DNA from: Macrostomum lignano
Taxonomy: Eukaryota
DNA: 64,000 bases
Direction of reading: 5' to 3'
NCBI GenBank assembly: GCA_002269645.1
Contig: NIVC01000482.1
Span: 248,001 to 312,000, forward strand
The notes beneath the pieces are model-generated. The model was not told the origin of the DNA, ran no database searches, and saw nothing but the letters and a program-made list of their open reading frames with translations. Shown here piece by piece: positions 1-12,264 of this stretch. The translations under genes and the position numbers were made by a program. Position 1 is the stretch's first letter; each line of letters starts with the position of its first letter.

Positions 1-941
1 CGTATATATACTAAAGTTGACGCGTTGTTTGTCTGTCTGTCTGTCTGTGTGTCTGTCATTTCGACAACTCCTCCTTGAATAGTGGCAACTCAGCGTTGAA
101 ACTTATATGGGAAGATTGGAAATTATCCGAGGTCGGCTATAGGCTATTTTAATTCTGAAATTTTAATTTCTAAGATCCTCAAAAAAGCAGAAAACTGCCT
201 TTTTGACCCCCAATAACCTTCTTTTGCTACTCTGCCTGGGGCTGCAGCCAGTTTGTAAAAATAGCCACCCCAACCTCCGCCCGCGGGCTGCTGTGTATTG
301 AGGGGTGGTGGGTGCGCGTGTTCTGCGTTCAATGCAAATAAAACCCCCCGCGTGTTGGGGGTTGAGTTAAATTTAATGGTTTCCCCAGAACGGGGGTAGG
401 GCTTGGGCTGAGTGTACATAGCAGTTGTACAGTGTAAATAGATAGACTGTTTCGAGATTCAATTGGTTTTATTATCGGCCCTGTGTATTTATTAGCTTGG
501 CAATGAAATTCAATGAACAAACTTGCGAGCCTCTCAGTCAAGCAGTCGGGAAATTGGGAAATTTCAAACGCTAACTGTTCCTCGAGTTTCAAACTTTGAG
601 AGGAGATACTTATATTGCTGGAAAGATCTTGGAACGCTGAGTTCGGGGATATAAGTTGTTTGCTTTAAATATGAAAAGAAAAAGCACAGCATTGAAAAAA
701 CTATTTCCATACATTTAACTTTCTGCAAAAATTGTACTCAGTTTTGCGAGACGTAATAGATAAAGTTGGGGGGAGAGTTCAACTTCTCACTGCTGCTGTG
801 TATTGGAGGGTTGATTTAGATTGCGCAATGTTTTTCTTAACTTTAACTGAGACTGATACTGACTGACTGAGAAATCGGTTGCGCAATCAATTGATTCAAT
901 TGGTTCAATTTTTTATTTGAACACGCAGCTGTGTGTTGCTT

Positions 942-976
942 TAACCCTAACCCTAACCCTAACAATAACCCTAACC
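942..976 (+). repeat. Interstitial telomere-type (TAACCC)n
   Basis: Three full TAACCC units plus degenerate units inside Helitron-like unit 1. Confidence 0.85.
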
Positions 977-1179
977 AATGAATCCTGATATTTATTTTTT
1001 TTGACGGAGAAAATTTCGATTGAGTCCAGTTTAAAAGAGAGAATTTCGATGGTTTTCAGTTTCACGGAAAGGATTTCGAAGGAGTCCAGTTTCACGGAGA
1101 GGATTTCGATGGTTTTCAGTTGCACGGACAGGATTTCTGCTTCGCGGAGAGGATCTTGATGGATTTGGCATCTTCAATC

Positions 1180-2185
1180 AGTCAGAGAAAAGAGTAAAGA
1201 GAAGAATGAAAGCAGAAGAGAGATGAGATGATAGAAAACAGAGTAGAAATGAGTGGAGATATTAGACATGACAGATTGGAGAGAAGAGGGGATTTAGGCG
1301 GGAACGAAGAGGGAGAGAGAAGAAAAGAGGAGAGAGGAGAGAAAATAGATTAGGGATAAGAGCGTACAGAGAAAATAGAAGAGAGGGGAGAGTAGAGGAG
1401 AAAGAAAGAGTGAGATGAGGAAATGAGGGATGAGAGAGGAGGGGAGACAGGAGAGACAAGAAAGGAGAAAAGAGGGGAGAAAGGAGAAAGGAGAGAGTAG
1501 AGACGAAGGACCAGTTAGAAGATATAAATACGGTAGTAGAGATGAGAGGAGAGATAGGAGAGAGAAGCGAGAGAAGAAGCGAGAGGAGACGAGAAAGAGG
1601 AGAGAGGAGAGAGATGAAATAGATAAGAGAGGAAAGAGAGGAAAGTAGTGAGGAGAGGAGAGATGAGAGATGCGATGATAAGCGATGAGTGAGAACATAA
1701 GAGAGAAGAGAGAAGAGATTAGAGAAGAAAGGGGAGAAGATAAAAGAAGCAAGGGGAGGACAAAAGAGAGAATGGAGAGGATAGAAAAGAGAGAAGAGAA
1801 GAGACAGGGAAAAGTGGAAAGGAGGAAAGAAAGATTGGAGACAAGTAAGTGGAGTGTGAGAGCGTATATGAGATATGAGAAATGAGAGCAGAGAGGAGAG
1901 AAAAGAGGTGAGAGAGAGAGAGAGAGAGGGTTAAGAGAGACGATAGATAAGTGAGCAGAGATGACATATGAGAGAGGAGAGAAGAAGGAGAGATAAGAGA
2001 GAAGAGAGGAGACAAGAGACAGAAGTGAAGAGGAGAGATATGAGAGAAGAGAGGAGACAAGAGACAGGAGAGGGTACAGACGAAAGACGAGGGAGAGGAC
2101 ATAAATAAGGAAGTAGGGGTAGAGATGAGATGAGAGAGAGGAGAGAGAAGAGAGTCACGATAATAGCAAAGAGAGGAGAGAGGAG
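1180..2185 (+). repeat. AG-rich low-complexity tract
   Basis: Almost purely purine GAGA/GGAGA sequence; source of spurious Leu/Ser and Arg/Glu ORFs. Confidence 0.95.
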
Positions 2186-3352
2186 ATTTGAGAGACATGA
2201 AAGTCTTTGAGCTATGGTCTTTAAAAGGTTTTGCAAAAAATTTGGAGAAGATTTGGAAGATAGGGTTCAAGACATGGAATTTCAGTTGATGGATATTTCA
2301 GGAAATGGAATTCCGGTGATGGAAGTTCTTCCCCTTTCTCCTCCGAAGGAGGAGTTCCACTCGTTAATACTAAAAGTGGTGCGTTGTTTGTTTGTGTGTT
2401 GCAATTTTTCTCCTAGACTACTGGCAAGTCAGCGTTGAAACTTATATGGGAAAACTGCAAATTTTCCGGATTGGGTTTATAGCAATTTTAATCTTTCATT
2501 TTTACATTTTAAGATCCCTAGAAAAGCAGAAAACTGTTTTTTTAACCCTCAATAACCTTCTTTGGCCACTCTGCCTGGGGCTGCAGCCAGTTTGTAAAAA
2601 TAGCCACCCCAACCTCCGCCCGCGGGCCGCTGTGTATTGAGGGGTGGTGGGTGCGCGTGTTCCGCGTTCAATGCAAATAACCCCCCCGCGTGTTGGGGGT
2701 TCAATTAAATTTAACGATTCCCCCGGAATGGGAGGGGGTTGGGCTTGGGCTGAGTGTACATAGCAGTTGTACAGTGTAAGGAGATAGCTAGGACTGTGTC
2801 GAGATTTAATTGGTTTTATTATCGGCGGCATTCAATAGGCAGCCATGTGTATTTGCTGGGCAGTAAAATTTAATGAATAAACTTGCGAGCCTCTTTAGCA
2901 GGCTGTGAACGTACACTCGATACTTTAATGCTTTAAATCAGGAAATTTCAAGCGCTAACTGTTCCTCGAGTTTTAAACTTTCAGAAGAGAGACTTATATT
3001 ACTGGAAAGATCTTGCAATACTGAGTTCGGGGATATAAGTTGTTTGCTTTAAATGTGAAAACAAAAAGCACAGCATTTAAAAAACGATTTCTATACTTTT
3101 AACTTTCGGCAGTGTACTCATTTTGGAGTTCAATGGGGGTTCGACCAACCCCCCAAAAGTTGGTGGGAGGGGGGGTTCAACTTTTAATTGCCACTGCGTA
3201 TTGGAAGGGGGTCAGTCGCTGTGTATTGGAGGGTTGATTTAGTTTGCGCAATCTTTTTGTTAACTTTTACCGAGACTGATACTGACTGACTGTGAAATCG
3301 GTTGCGCATTCAATTAATTCAATTGGTTCAACACGCTGCTGCGTTGTAGCTC

Positions 3353-3381
3353 TAACCCTAACCCTAACCCTAACCCTAACC
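3353..3381 (+). repeat. Interstitial telomere-type (TAACCC)n
   Basis: Four full units plus one partial, at the same relative position as in unit 1. Confidence 0.9.
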
Positions 3382-3480
3382 ACTAAATCCTGAGAGTTGA
3401 TTCTTTTTTACGGAGAAAATTTCGATTCAGTGCAGTTTAATGGAGAGAATTTCTGTTTCGCGGAGACGATTTTGATGGAT

Positions 3481-3740
3481 GTCAGTTTCACGGAGAGGAT
3501 TTCCATGGAGTCCAGTTTCACGGAGAGGATTTCTGTTTCTCGGAGGGGATTTTGATGAATGTCAGTTTCACGGAGAGGATTTCCATGGAGTCCAGTTTCA
3601 CGGAGAGGATTTCTGTTTCTCGGAGGGGATTTTGATGAATGTCAGTTTCACGGAGAGGATTTCCATGGAGTCCAGTTTCACGGAGAGGATTTCTATTTCT
3701 CGGAGGGGATTTTGATGAATGTCAGTTTCACGGAGAGGTG
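3481..3740 (+). repeat. 80-bp tandem repeat
   Basis: GTCAGTTTCACGGAGAGG recurs at 3481, 3561, 3641 and 3721; the unit is built from 30/20/30-bp subunits. Confidence 0.95.
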
Positions 3741-4489
3741 TTTGATGGAGTTCTCTTTTACGGAGAAGATTTCGATGATGTTCAGTTTCGCGGAGAGAAG
3801 TTGGATGATGGGATTCAGGGAATGGCATTTCAGGGAATGGAGTACCGGTGATGGGAATTCTTCCCCTTTCTCCTCCAGAGGAGGAGTTGGCCTCGTATAT
3901 ACTAAAAATGAGTTGTCTGTATATGGGTATGCGATTGATTTCAGAAAAAATGGCTTAACCGATTTTCTTCAAACTTGCACCATTCGATCAGAAATTTTCC
4001 TGGGACGGTACATGCATCTTGGCTAAGAAATTGCTCAATGCTAAAGGGATTAAATATTCGAAAAACATGCTTTTTTGCAAAGGTCAAGCAAACTTTTCGA
4101 CTTGAAATGCATTGTAAGAATGCTAGAGAAAAAACTGACTGGCTGAATTCCGATTGTGATAAAGATTGCATCACAACAAGTTGAAAACAGTGTCAAAGAA
4201 ATGCACACACGACTTGATTTAAATTGCGTAACCATATTGCTAACTTGAATTGAGACTGATACTGGCTGACTGAGAAATTGATTATGTCATAACTTTTTAC
4301 TCCAATTGACTTGCTGTAAGGATTGAATTATAAAGGCCACAATTCATGTTTTCCAATTGAAAAGAGATAGCCCTGATGCGAACAGACTGGACTGCTAATG
4401 TAGTGACCTGGGTTCGAATCTTAGTAGTGCAAAAAGATTTTTTTATCAAAACACCTTAAAAACACAACAAAACTGCTAAACATCAAAGA

Positions 4490-5620
4490 AGCGCAATGTC
4501 AAACATAGAAGAGCCAACATAACGAACATAAAAGAGTTACCATGTCAAACATAGAAGAGCCACCATGTCGAACATTAAAGAGCCACCATGTCAAACATAA
4601 AAGAGCCACCATGTCAAACATTTAAGAGCCACCATGTCAAACATAAAAGAGCCAACATTTCGAACATTAAAGAGCCACCATTTCGAACATTTAAGAGCCA
4701 CCATTTTGAACATTAAAGAGCCACCATGTCAAACAATTAAGAGCCACCATGTCAAACATTAAAGAGCCACTATTTCGAACATTAAAGAGCCACCATGTCG
4801 AACATTAAAGAGCCACCATGTCTAACATAAAAGAGCTATACCATGTCAAACATTAAAGAGCCACCATGTCAAGCATAAAAAAGCCACCATGTCAAACATT
4901 AAAGAGCCACCATGTCGAACATTAAAAAGCAACGATGTCAAGCATAAAAGAGCCACCATGTAAAACATTGAAGAGCCACCATGTCGAACATTAAAGAGCC
5001 ACCATGTCCAACATATACGTGACTCCATGTCAGACATTAAAGAGCCATCAAGTCAAACATTAAAGAGCCATCATTGCAGACAGTAAAGTGCCACCAGGTC
5101 AACATTAAAGAGCCACCATGTCAAAAATTAAAGAGCCATCATGTCGAACATAAAGAGCCACCATGTCAAACATAAAGAGCCACCATGTCAAAAATTTAGG
5201 AGCCACCATGTCAAACATATATGTGACTTTATGTCAAACATTAAAGAGCCACCATGTCGAACATTAAAGAGCCACCATGTAGAATATTAAAGAGCCACCA
5301 TGTAGAATATTAAAGAGCCACCATGTCAAACATAGAAGAGCCACCATGTCAAACATAAAAGAGCCAACATGAAGAACATTAAAGAGCCAACATGAAGAAC
5401 ATTAAAGAGCCACCATGTCAAACATAAAAGAGCCACCATGTAGAATATAAAAGAGCCACCATGTAGAACATAAAAAAGAAACCATGTCAACCCGAAAAGA
5501 GCCACTATGCCTGACATAAAGAGCCACCATGTCAAACATGGAAGAGCCACCATGTCAAACATAAAAGAGTCACCATGTCCAACATAGAAGAGCCACCATG
5601 TCAAACATTAAAGATATACT
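4490..5620 (+). repeat. 23-bp minisatellite (AAACATTAAAGAGCCACCATGTC)n
   Basis: Directly visible degenerate tandem array. Confidence 0.95.
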
Positions 5621-5705
5621 ATTTGAAATGTAAAGGTATAAAGCGCTATGCCAATATAAAGGAGCCACTATAAAGCTAAGGAAATTGTTGCACTAGCTAC
5701 TTATT

Positions 5706-7250
5706 GTCTGGAGGATGTTTGCTATCTGGGGGATGCTTGCTATCTGGGGGATGCTTGTTATCTGGGGAATGCTTGCTATCTGGGCGATGCTTGCAATCTG
5801 GAGGATGCTTGCTTTTTGGGGGATGCTTGCTATTTGGGGATGCTTGCTATCTGAGGGATGCTTGCTATTTGGGGGATGCTTGCTATCTGAGGGAGGCTTG
5901 CTATCTTGGGGATGCTTGCTATCTGGGGGATGCTTGCTATCTGGGGGATGCTTGCTATCTGGAGGATGCTTGCTATTTGGGGGATGCTTGCTATCTGAGG
6001 GATGTTTGCTATCTGGGGGATGTTTGCTATCTGGGGGATGCTTGCTATCTGGAGGATGCTTGCTATCTGGGGGATGTTTGCTATCTGGGGGATGCTTGCT
6101 ATCTGGGGAATGCTTGCTATCTGGGGGATGCTTGCTATCTGGGGGATGCTTGCTATCTGGGGGATGCTTGCTATCTGGGTGATGCTTGCTATCTGGAGGA
6201 TGCTTGCTATTTGGGGGATGCTTGCTATCTGGGGAATGCTTGCTATCTGGGGGATGCTTGCTATTTGGGGATGCTTGCTATCTGAGGGATGCTTGCTATT
6301 TGGGGGATGCTTGCTATCTGAGGGAGGCTTGCTATCTTGGGGATGCTTGCTATCTGGGGGATGCTTGCTATCTGGGGGATGCTTGCTATCTGGAGGATGC
6401 TTGCTATTTGGGGGATGCTTGCTATCTGAGGGATGTTTGCTATCTGGGGGATGCTTGCTATTTGGGTGATGCTTGCTATCTGAGGGAGGCTTGCTATCTT
6501 GGGGATGCTTGCTATCTGGGGGATGCTTGCTATCTGGGGGATGCTTGCTATCTGGAGGATGCTTGCTATTTGGGGGATGCTTGCTATCTGAGGGATGTTT
6601 GCTATCTGGGGGATGCTTGCTATTTGGGGGATGCTTGCTATCTGGGGGATGCTTGCTATCTGGGGGATGCTTGCTATCTGGGTGATGCTTGCTATCTGGA
6701 GGATGCTTGCTATTTGGGGGATGCTTGCTATCTGGGTGATGCTTGCTATCTGGAGGATGCTTGCTATTTGGGGGATGCTTGCTATCTGGGGAATGCTTGC
6801 TATCTGGGTGATGCTTGCTATCTGGGGGATGCTTGCTATTTGGGGATGCTTGCTATCTGAGGGATGCTTGCTATTTGGGGATGCTTGCTATCTGAGGGAT
6901 GCTTGCTATTTGGGGATGCTTGCTATCTGAGGGATGCTTGCTATTTGGGGGATGCTTGCTATCTGAGGGAGGCTTGCTATCTTGGGGATGCTTGCTATCT
7001 GGGGGATGCTTGCTATCTGGAGGATGCTTACTATTTGGGGGATGCTTGCTATCTGAGGGATGTTTGCTATCTGGGGGATGCTTGCTATCTGGGGGATGCT
7101 TGCTATCTGGAGGATGCTTGCTATCTGGAGGATGCTTGCTATTTGGGGGATGTTTGCTATCTGGGGTGCTTGCTATCTGGGGGTGCTGCTATCTGGGGGT
7201 GCTTGCTATCTGGGGGTGCTTGTCATCTGGGAGGAGGGGGGATGCTTGCT
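5706..7250 (+). repeat. 18-bp minisatellite (GGGGGATGCTTGCTATCT)n
   Basis: Directly visible; gives the spurious GDACYL / GGCLLS ORFs. Confidence 0.97.
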
Positions 7251-7405
7251 GTCTTGGGATGTTTTCTTTTTGCATTGCGCTTTATTTGAGCAGTTTTTCT
7301 GTTGTCTTTGTGAAGACTCTATTTGGCGGTTTTTTTTTACTTGTAGAGAACAGAAGTTCTATCCAGATGTCCCCCATCGGGGGGCGAAGATTGCTAGTAT
7401 CATCA

Positions 7406-7762
7406 TCCTATATACTAAAAATGAGTGTGGGACGGGGCAAATTGTGTGTTTTTTTTCGTACATTTGGTTGACTCAATAAGCATTACGTGTTTATTGAAAA
7501 AGGGTTTTGGGCTGATGAAGAAAACTTTTTTAACTGATGAAGGTTCTGATTCATGGCAATTTAATTATGCCAAAATAAGAAAAGTTATTTTTTTTAATGG
7601 AAATCAACATTTTAAATAAATATAGTAAGGTTATTATGGACATTCATTCACGCATACAAAAAAATATTAGAGATTTAAGTATTAGGTAGATTACTCTTGT
7701 GCCAAAATAAAAACCAGTTAGTGTCATTTTTAAGGCTCCCCAGCGGGGGGCTAAATGGCTAG
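7406..7762 (+). mobile_element. Short Helitron-like unit 4
   Basis: Starts TCCTATATACTAAAAATGAG (5' TC). Ends in hairpin GCTCCCC-AGC-GGGGGGC (7735-7751) then CTAG (7759-7762). Confidence 0.75.
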
Positions 7763-9320
7763 TCCTATATACTAAAAATGAGTTGCTTGTTTGTTTGTTT
7801 GTACGCAATCGATTAGAGAAAAAATGGCTGGACCGATTTTCATGAGACTTGCACTGTTCGATCAGAAATTTTCCCGTGACGGTACATGCATCGTGGCTAA
7901 GAAATTGCTCGATGCTAAAGGCATTAAATATTCGAAAAACATGCTTTTTTGCAAAGGTCAAGCAAACTTTTCGACTTGAAATGCATTGTAAGAATGCTAG
8001 AGAAAAAACTGACTGGTTGAATTCTGATTCTGAAATAGATTGCATCATCACTGAATTGTAACTCCAACTTGAATTGAAAATGCAGTGTGGAAGCGTAGCA
8101 CCAGACTTGATTTAAATTGCGTAACCATATTGTTAACTGATACTGACTGACTGAGAAACTGATTATGTCATAACTGCTTTGTGTGATTTACTCTATGCTT
8201 GGATTTTAAAGTGTTGAATTATATAAGTGCAAAATTTGATGTTATCAAAACGATGAGAGCTAGCCTAGAGGTGAACAAACTGAACTGCCAAATGCAGCGA
8301 CGATGGTTCGAATTTTCATGGAGTATAATTTTTTTAATTAAAGCTTTTTAACGTCAGGAAAACTAAAAGACTTTTTAAAAAGAAGCGTCATGTAAAAAAT
8401 CATAGAAGTGTCATGTAAACAATCATAGAAGCGCCATGTAAAAAATCGTAAAAGCGTTATATAAAAATCATAGAAGCGTAATGTAAAAAATCATAGAAGC
8501 ATCATGTAAACAATCATAGAAGCGTCATGTAAACAATCATAGAAGCGTCATGTAAACAATCATAGAAGAGTCATGTAAACAATCATAGAAGCGTCATGTA
8601 AACAATCATAGAAGCATCATGTAAAAATCATAGAAGCGTCATGTAAACAAGCATAGAAGCGTCATGTAAACAAGCATAGAAGCGTCATGTAAAAAATCAT
8701 AGTTGCGTCATGTAAAAAATCATAAAAGCGTCATTTAAAAAATCATAGTTGCGTCATGTAAAAATCATAGAAGCATCATGCAAACAATAATAGAAGCGTC
8801 ATGGTAAAATCATAGAAGCCTCATATAAAAACTAATGAAAGTGTCATTTAAAAAATTAAGAAGAATAATGGAAGAATAAAAGAAGCGTCATGTAAAAATC
8901 AAAAGAAGCGCCATGTCAGACATGAAAGGTGTCATATAAAAATTAAATGAAGCTATAGTACAGTGCTGTGCTGGGGAGAATTACTGAGACGTCAAGGCTC
9001 TCAGAGAATAACTGAGATTATGGGGGGGGGGGATTTCTGAGATGTCAAAGTAAAAGTCAGAAGCTACTTCAAAGTTCATGTACTTTACTCAATTTTTATT
9101 ACATTCATTGTTGGCTCGCCACAGGGGGGGCGCTGATAGAAGCAGAGTCATGTAAAAAATAAAAGTAGCCAAAGTAGCCAAACCCTAACCAAAATTAGGG
9201 TTTTGGTTAGGGTTAGAATTTTGACAGGAGATTTTTTAAGATTTCAAGGCTACATGTAGCTTATTAAAAATACGTGTATTGCATTTCTTTGGCTCCCCAA
9301 CGGGGGGCATAGATTGCTAG
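7763..9320 (+). mobile_element. Non-autonomous Helitron-like unit 5 (subfamily B)
   Basis: Starts TCCTATATACTAAAAATGAG-(TTTG)n...GGCTGGACCGATTTT. Ends in hairpin GCTCCCC-AAC-GGGGGGC (9292-9308) then CTAG (9317-9320), followed at once by another TCCCATATAC start. Confidence 0.8.
8380..8940 (+). repeat. 23-bp minisatellite (AAACAATCATAGAAGCGTCATGT)n
   Basis: Period 23 (e.g. 8531, 8554); aligns loosely with the 23-mer at 4490-5620. Confidence 0.93.
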
Positions 9321-9400
9321 TCCCATATACAAAAAATGAAATGTCTGTAGCTATGCGATAGATTTATTCTAAAAATATAACATTAAGAATTATATTTCTA
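9321..9400 (+). mobile_element. Degenerate 5' stub of a sixth Helitron-like unit
   Basis: TCCCATATACAAAAAATGAAATGTCTGT directly after the CTAG of unit 5; no matching 3' end seen. Confidence 0.5.
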
Positions 9401-10918
9401 GACCTTAGTTTTGATGACTTAAATTATAAGATAAAATTTGGCATTATTTTCATTTAATAAAAAAGTAACAAATTAAAATAAAAAAACTAGCTGCTTTTTA
9501 TTTTATATATTGCTTGCTTTGATTAAAATATGCCCAGCCCTAGACCTAGGTCAATTACTATGCCTTGGTTTGCTCTAAGGCATGCCAATGAGTAGACTAG
9601 CTTTAGTATCCCTACTAAATTTGTGCTTTTATATATGCAAAGTTGGCATGGGAGTTGTATATTGTGTTGGTTTTTGCCATCTTGAATGTAATGGCCCTCC
9701 TCTTTTTGCCTACTGAAGGTTTTTATACCCAGTTTCATAAGAGCTCATTCATAGGACTGCATTCCCATTCTTGCTAACCTTAGTCAATTTTAAGGCTAAC
9801 AAGTTGCTAGGTAATCAATATTCTATAGCCTGAATAGAAACACACTAGGGTTAATTACGAGTATAATGCTATTTGCAAAAGAACAAAAGTATAACAATGG
9901 AGCATCTGAGACTAGCTAATTTGAATACTATATGATATAAGAAGTGACAAGACTTATATTGTCATTATTTAGAATGAATATATCATATGCAAGTATAAAC
10001 ATTTCTAAACATATCATTGTTAATGAGAGTTATATGTGATAGGAGCTGGGCTTTTTGTCAAAATTGTTATGCCATTTGGTATAATGGGCTAATGGCATCA
10101 AAATTGTTATGCCATTTGGTATAATGGCATCAAAATTGTTATGCTATTTTTAATTTAAATATGCCATTAGCATAAAATATAAAATGATAAAATGCAACTT
10201 GCTATTGATTGTAAAGTGCAAGTTGTAAGTCATGCAATTGTCATAACAAACAAGGTAATATTTGGACAAATTTAAAAGCAAAAATTAAGTTTGGAATTGG
10301 AGATTCAGCATTGACAATTTGGCAATGGCATAATGGCAAAAAAATGTTACATCATTTTTGGCATAATAGCATCAAATCATTATGATCATTTCATAATCAT
10401 GATCATAATCAGCAAAAATCTCCATTATTATTAAAGATTGAATCATTTTTAATTTTGACATCTCATGGCATGCCTATGACACAAAAAACCTAGGATAGGA
10501 GCACTTAAAGCCTACAAGCATATAATAATTATTCTTTGTTTTCCGGCCAAATAGCAATTAGGAATATCTGGTTATTAGATACCTTGGATTTAGAGCTAAA
10601 GAGGTAGGGGCCTAATTGCTATATAAAATCAAAGAAATAGGCCTAGGATTATATGTAGGCAAATTCAGGCCCCAATCTAATTAACACACATAACAAACAA
10701 TTTCAATTTGTTGAAATAAGTCTAGGCCCTAATTCTTCTAATTGATAAGTAAGCCTATGCTTAAAGAAAAAGTAGGCCCAAGAATTCAAACTTTGACTAT
10801 GTCTTAGCTATCAGGAAATAATATATAGGCTTAAACTGACTAATTAATATACAAAATATGATAGCACCAGCAGTGCGTAGTGCCAGTAATAGTACTAGTA
10901 GTAGTAGTAGTAGCACAA

Positions 10919-11235
10919 AGGTAATGGCTAGAGTTCTGGCACCAGAACCATGAGAACCTGTTTTCTAATGGCTATGGATCCGGCAGTCTTCTGCAGGCAG
11001 TTATCTAATCTATAATGAAGTCTTTGATTTGAACATTAGAAGTATCTTGTTTTGAATCTCATCGTTTCGTTTCGATCTTATCTTGAACAAAATATTAATA
11101 TCAACAACCCGTTAAAAAGTAAAATGTTTCTGCTATATTATACCCATAAATTGCACCACTGGAATACCACTGCTGAATCCATAGCCGTTAGAAAATGGGT
11201 TCCGGTGCCGGAACTCTAGACCCTAGCCATTGCCT
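10919..11235. mobile_element. MITE-like element with ~60-bp imperfect terminal inverted repeats
   Basis: ATGGCTAGAGTTCTGGCACCAGAACC...TTTTCTAATGGCTATGGATC (10924-10981) is the reverse complement of 11175-11230. No TSD identified. Confidence 0.6.
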
Positions 11236-11447
11236 GCATAAGAACACTAGCTCGTAAGCTAGGCTACATTTTGATTTTTAGGTCTATATTTTGGCTGTGT
11301 GGGAAGATTACAAGTGATACAGTAGGTAGCAGTAATATTAAATGTCTTATTTCTAGAGATTTGTTGAAGCGCTATAATGCTGTACTGTAACTGTAACGAT
11401 AACATTGAACTAAGCTTGTTAGAATTAGTGGACTTAAAAACGTCCAC

Positions 11448-11770
11448 GTAGTAGTAGTAGTAGTAAGTTGGCTCAGGCAAGAAGCCTGTTTGGCCAGTAT
11501 ATTTCTGTGTATTTAAGTTATTTTAGCATTAGTTGTTTAATTACGATTAAGTTCAAAAGGTTAAATTTGTTCAAAAGGTTAAATTTTTACACCAGTTACG
11601 ATGCGAGTTACGATATTTGTAAAATTATTAAGGTATTTGAAAGAGCGTTTTTTGTAAAAAGATATAGTATTTTGCAAGCGCGCAATATTTCAAAGCGTGA
11701 AAAACGAACGAAAAATGAACAAAAACGAACTTCGAAAGAAATTTACGTTAAACGAATAGCGACAATTTAA
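11448..11770 (-). mobile_element. 3' end fragment of the LINE family at 18.6-21.4 kb (stem-loop plus (TAC)n tail)
   Basis: 11448-11515 is a near-exact reverse complement of 21381-21450; weaker similarity continues to ~11700. Confidence 0.75.
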
Positions 11771-12264
11771 ATAGGTATTAGATAGGAAACTAATTAAATA
11801 TTAATTAAATGCTAATTAAATAGGAAATTAAAAAGGCAGTAAATGAATAAACAAAAGAAAAGCGGATTTATTACACTGCTGATATGTCTGTTTCAGTTTG
11901 CATAACTGTTTTAGCTATTCATGACTTCATATATTTTAGCTCCACGATTTCATGGAAATTTATTTCAAATATTTTCATGATATAAACTAAATTTCTAGCG
12001 ATGAATATATATTGCTCGAGCACCAATAAAAACATATCCTTTGATTTTTAAAAAATTATATTTTCGAAGTAGGCTATGCGGCATAATTATACTCAAGTAG
12101 GACAGGAAATAAAAATTCTTGGGATTTTTTGGAGGCAGGTTTTACCGAAAAAATACATCACGGAGATAGTAGAGCTAGGTCATCATTTTTTCTGTTCAAA
12201 AATGTGTTTTTGCTTTTGAGCCCAGAGGCAGAGCCAATATTCATCTTTGATAATATGTCCTTAC

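Larger units (their letters stand above)
1..2363 (+). mobile_element. Non-autonomous Helitron-like unit 1 (subfamily A)
   Basis: Starts TATATACTAAAG followed by (GTCT)n. Ends in hairpin CTCCTCC-GAA-GGAGGAG (2338-2354) then CTCG (2360-2363). First ~1 kb and last ~100 bp are homologous to unit 2. Confidence 0.7.
2364..3895 (+). mobile_element. Non-autonomous Helitron-like unit 2 (subfamily A)
   Basis: Starts TTAATACTAAAAG plus (GTTT)-like tract. Ends in hairpin CTCCTCC-AGA-GGAGGAG (3870-3886) then CTCG (3892-3895). Diverged direct copy of unit 1. Confidence 0.7.
3896..7397 (+). mobile_element. Non-autonomous Helitron-like unit 3 (subfamily B) carrying two minisatellites
   Basis: Starts TATATACTAAAAATGAG. 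5' ~400 bp homologous to 7763-8230 and 63556-64000. Ends in hairpin GTCCCCC-ATC-GGGGGGC (7369-7385) then CTAG (7394-7397). Confidence 0.75.

Noticed and set aside
4366-4430. Functional tRNA-Ser gene
   Set aside because: Acceptor stem, D arm and variable arm do not fold; kept only as a tRNA-like fragment.
5704-7479. Long Cys/Gly-rich ORFs (GDACYL, GGCLLS repeats)
   Set aside because: Translations of an 18-bp tandem repeat, open in several frames; no splice or start context.
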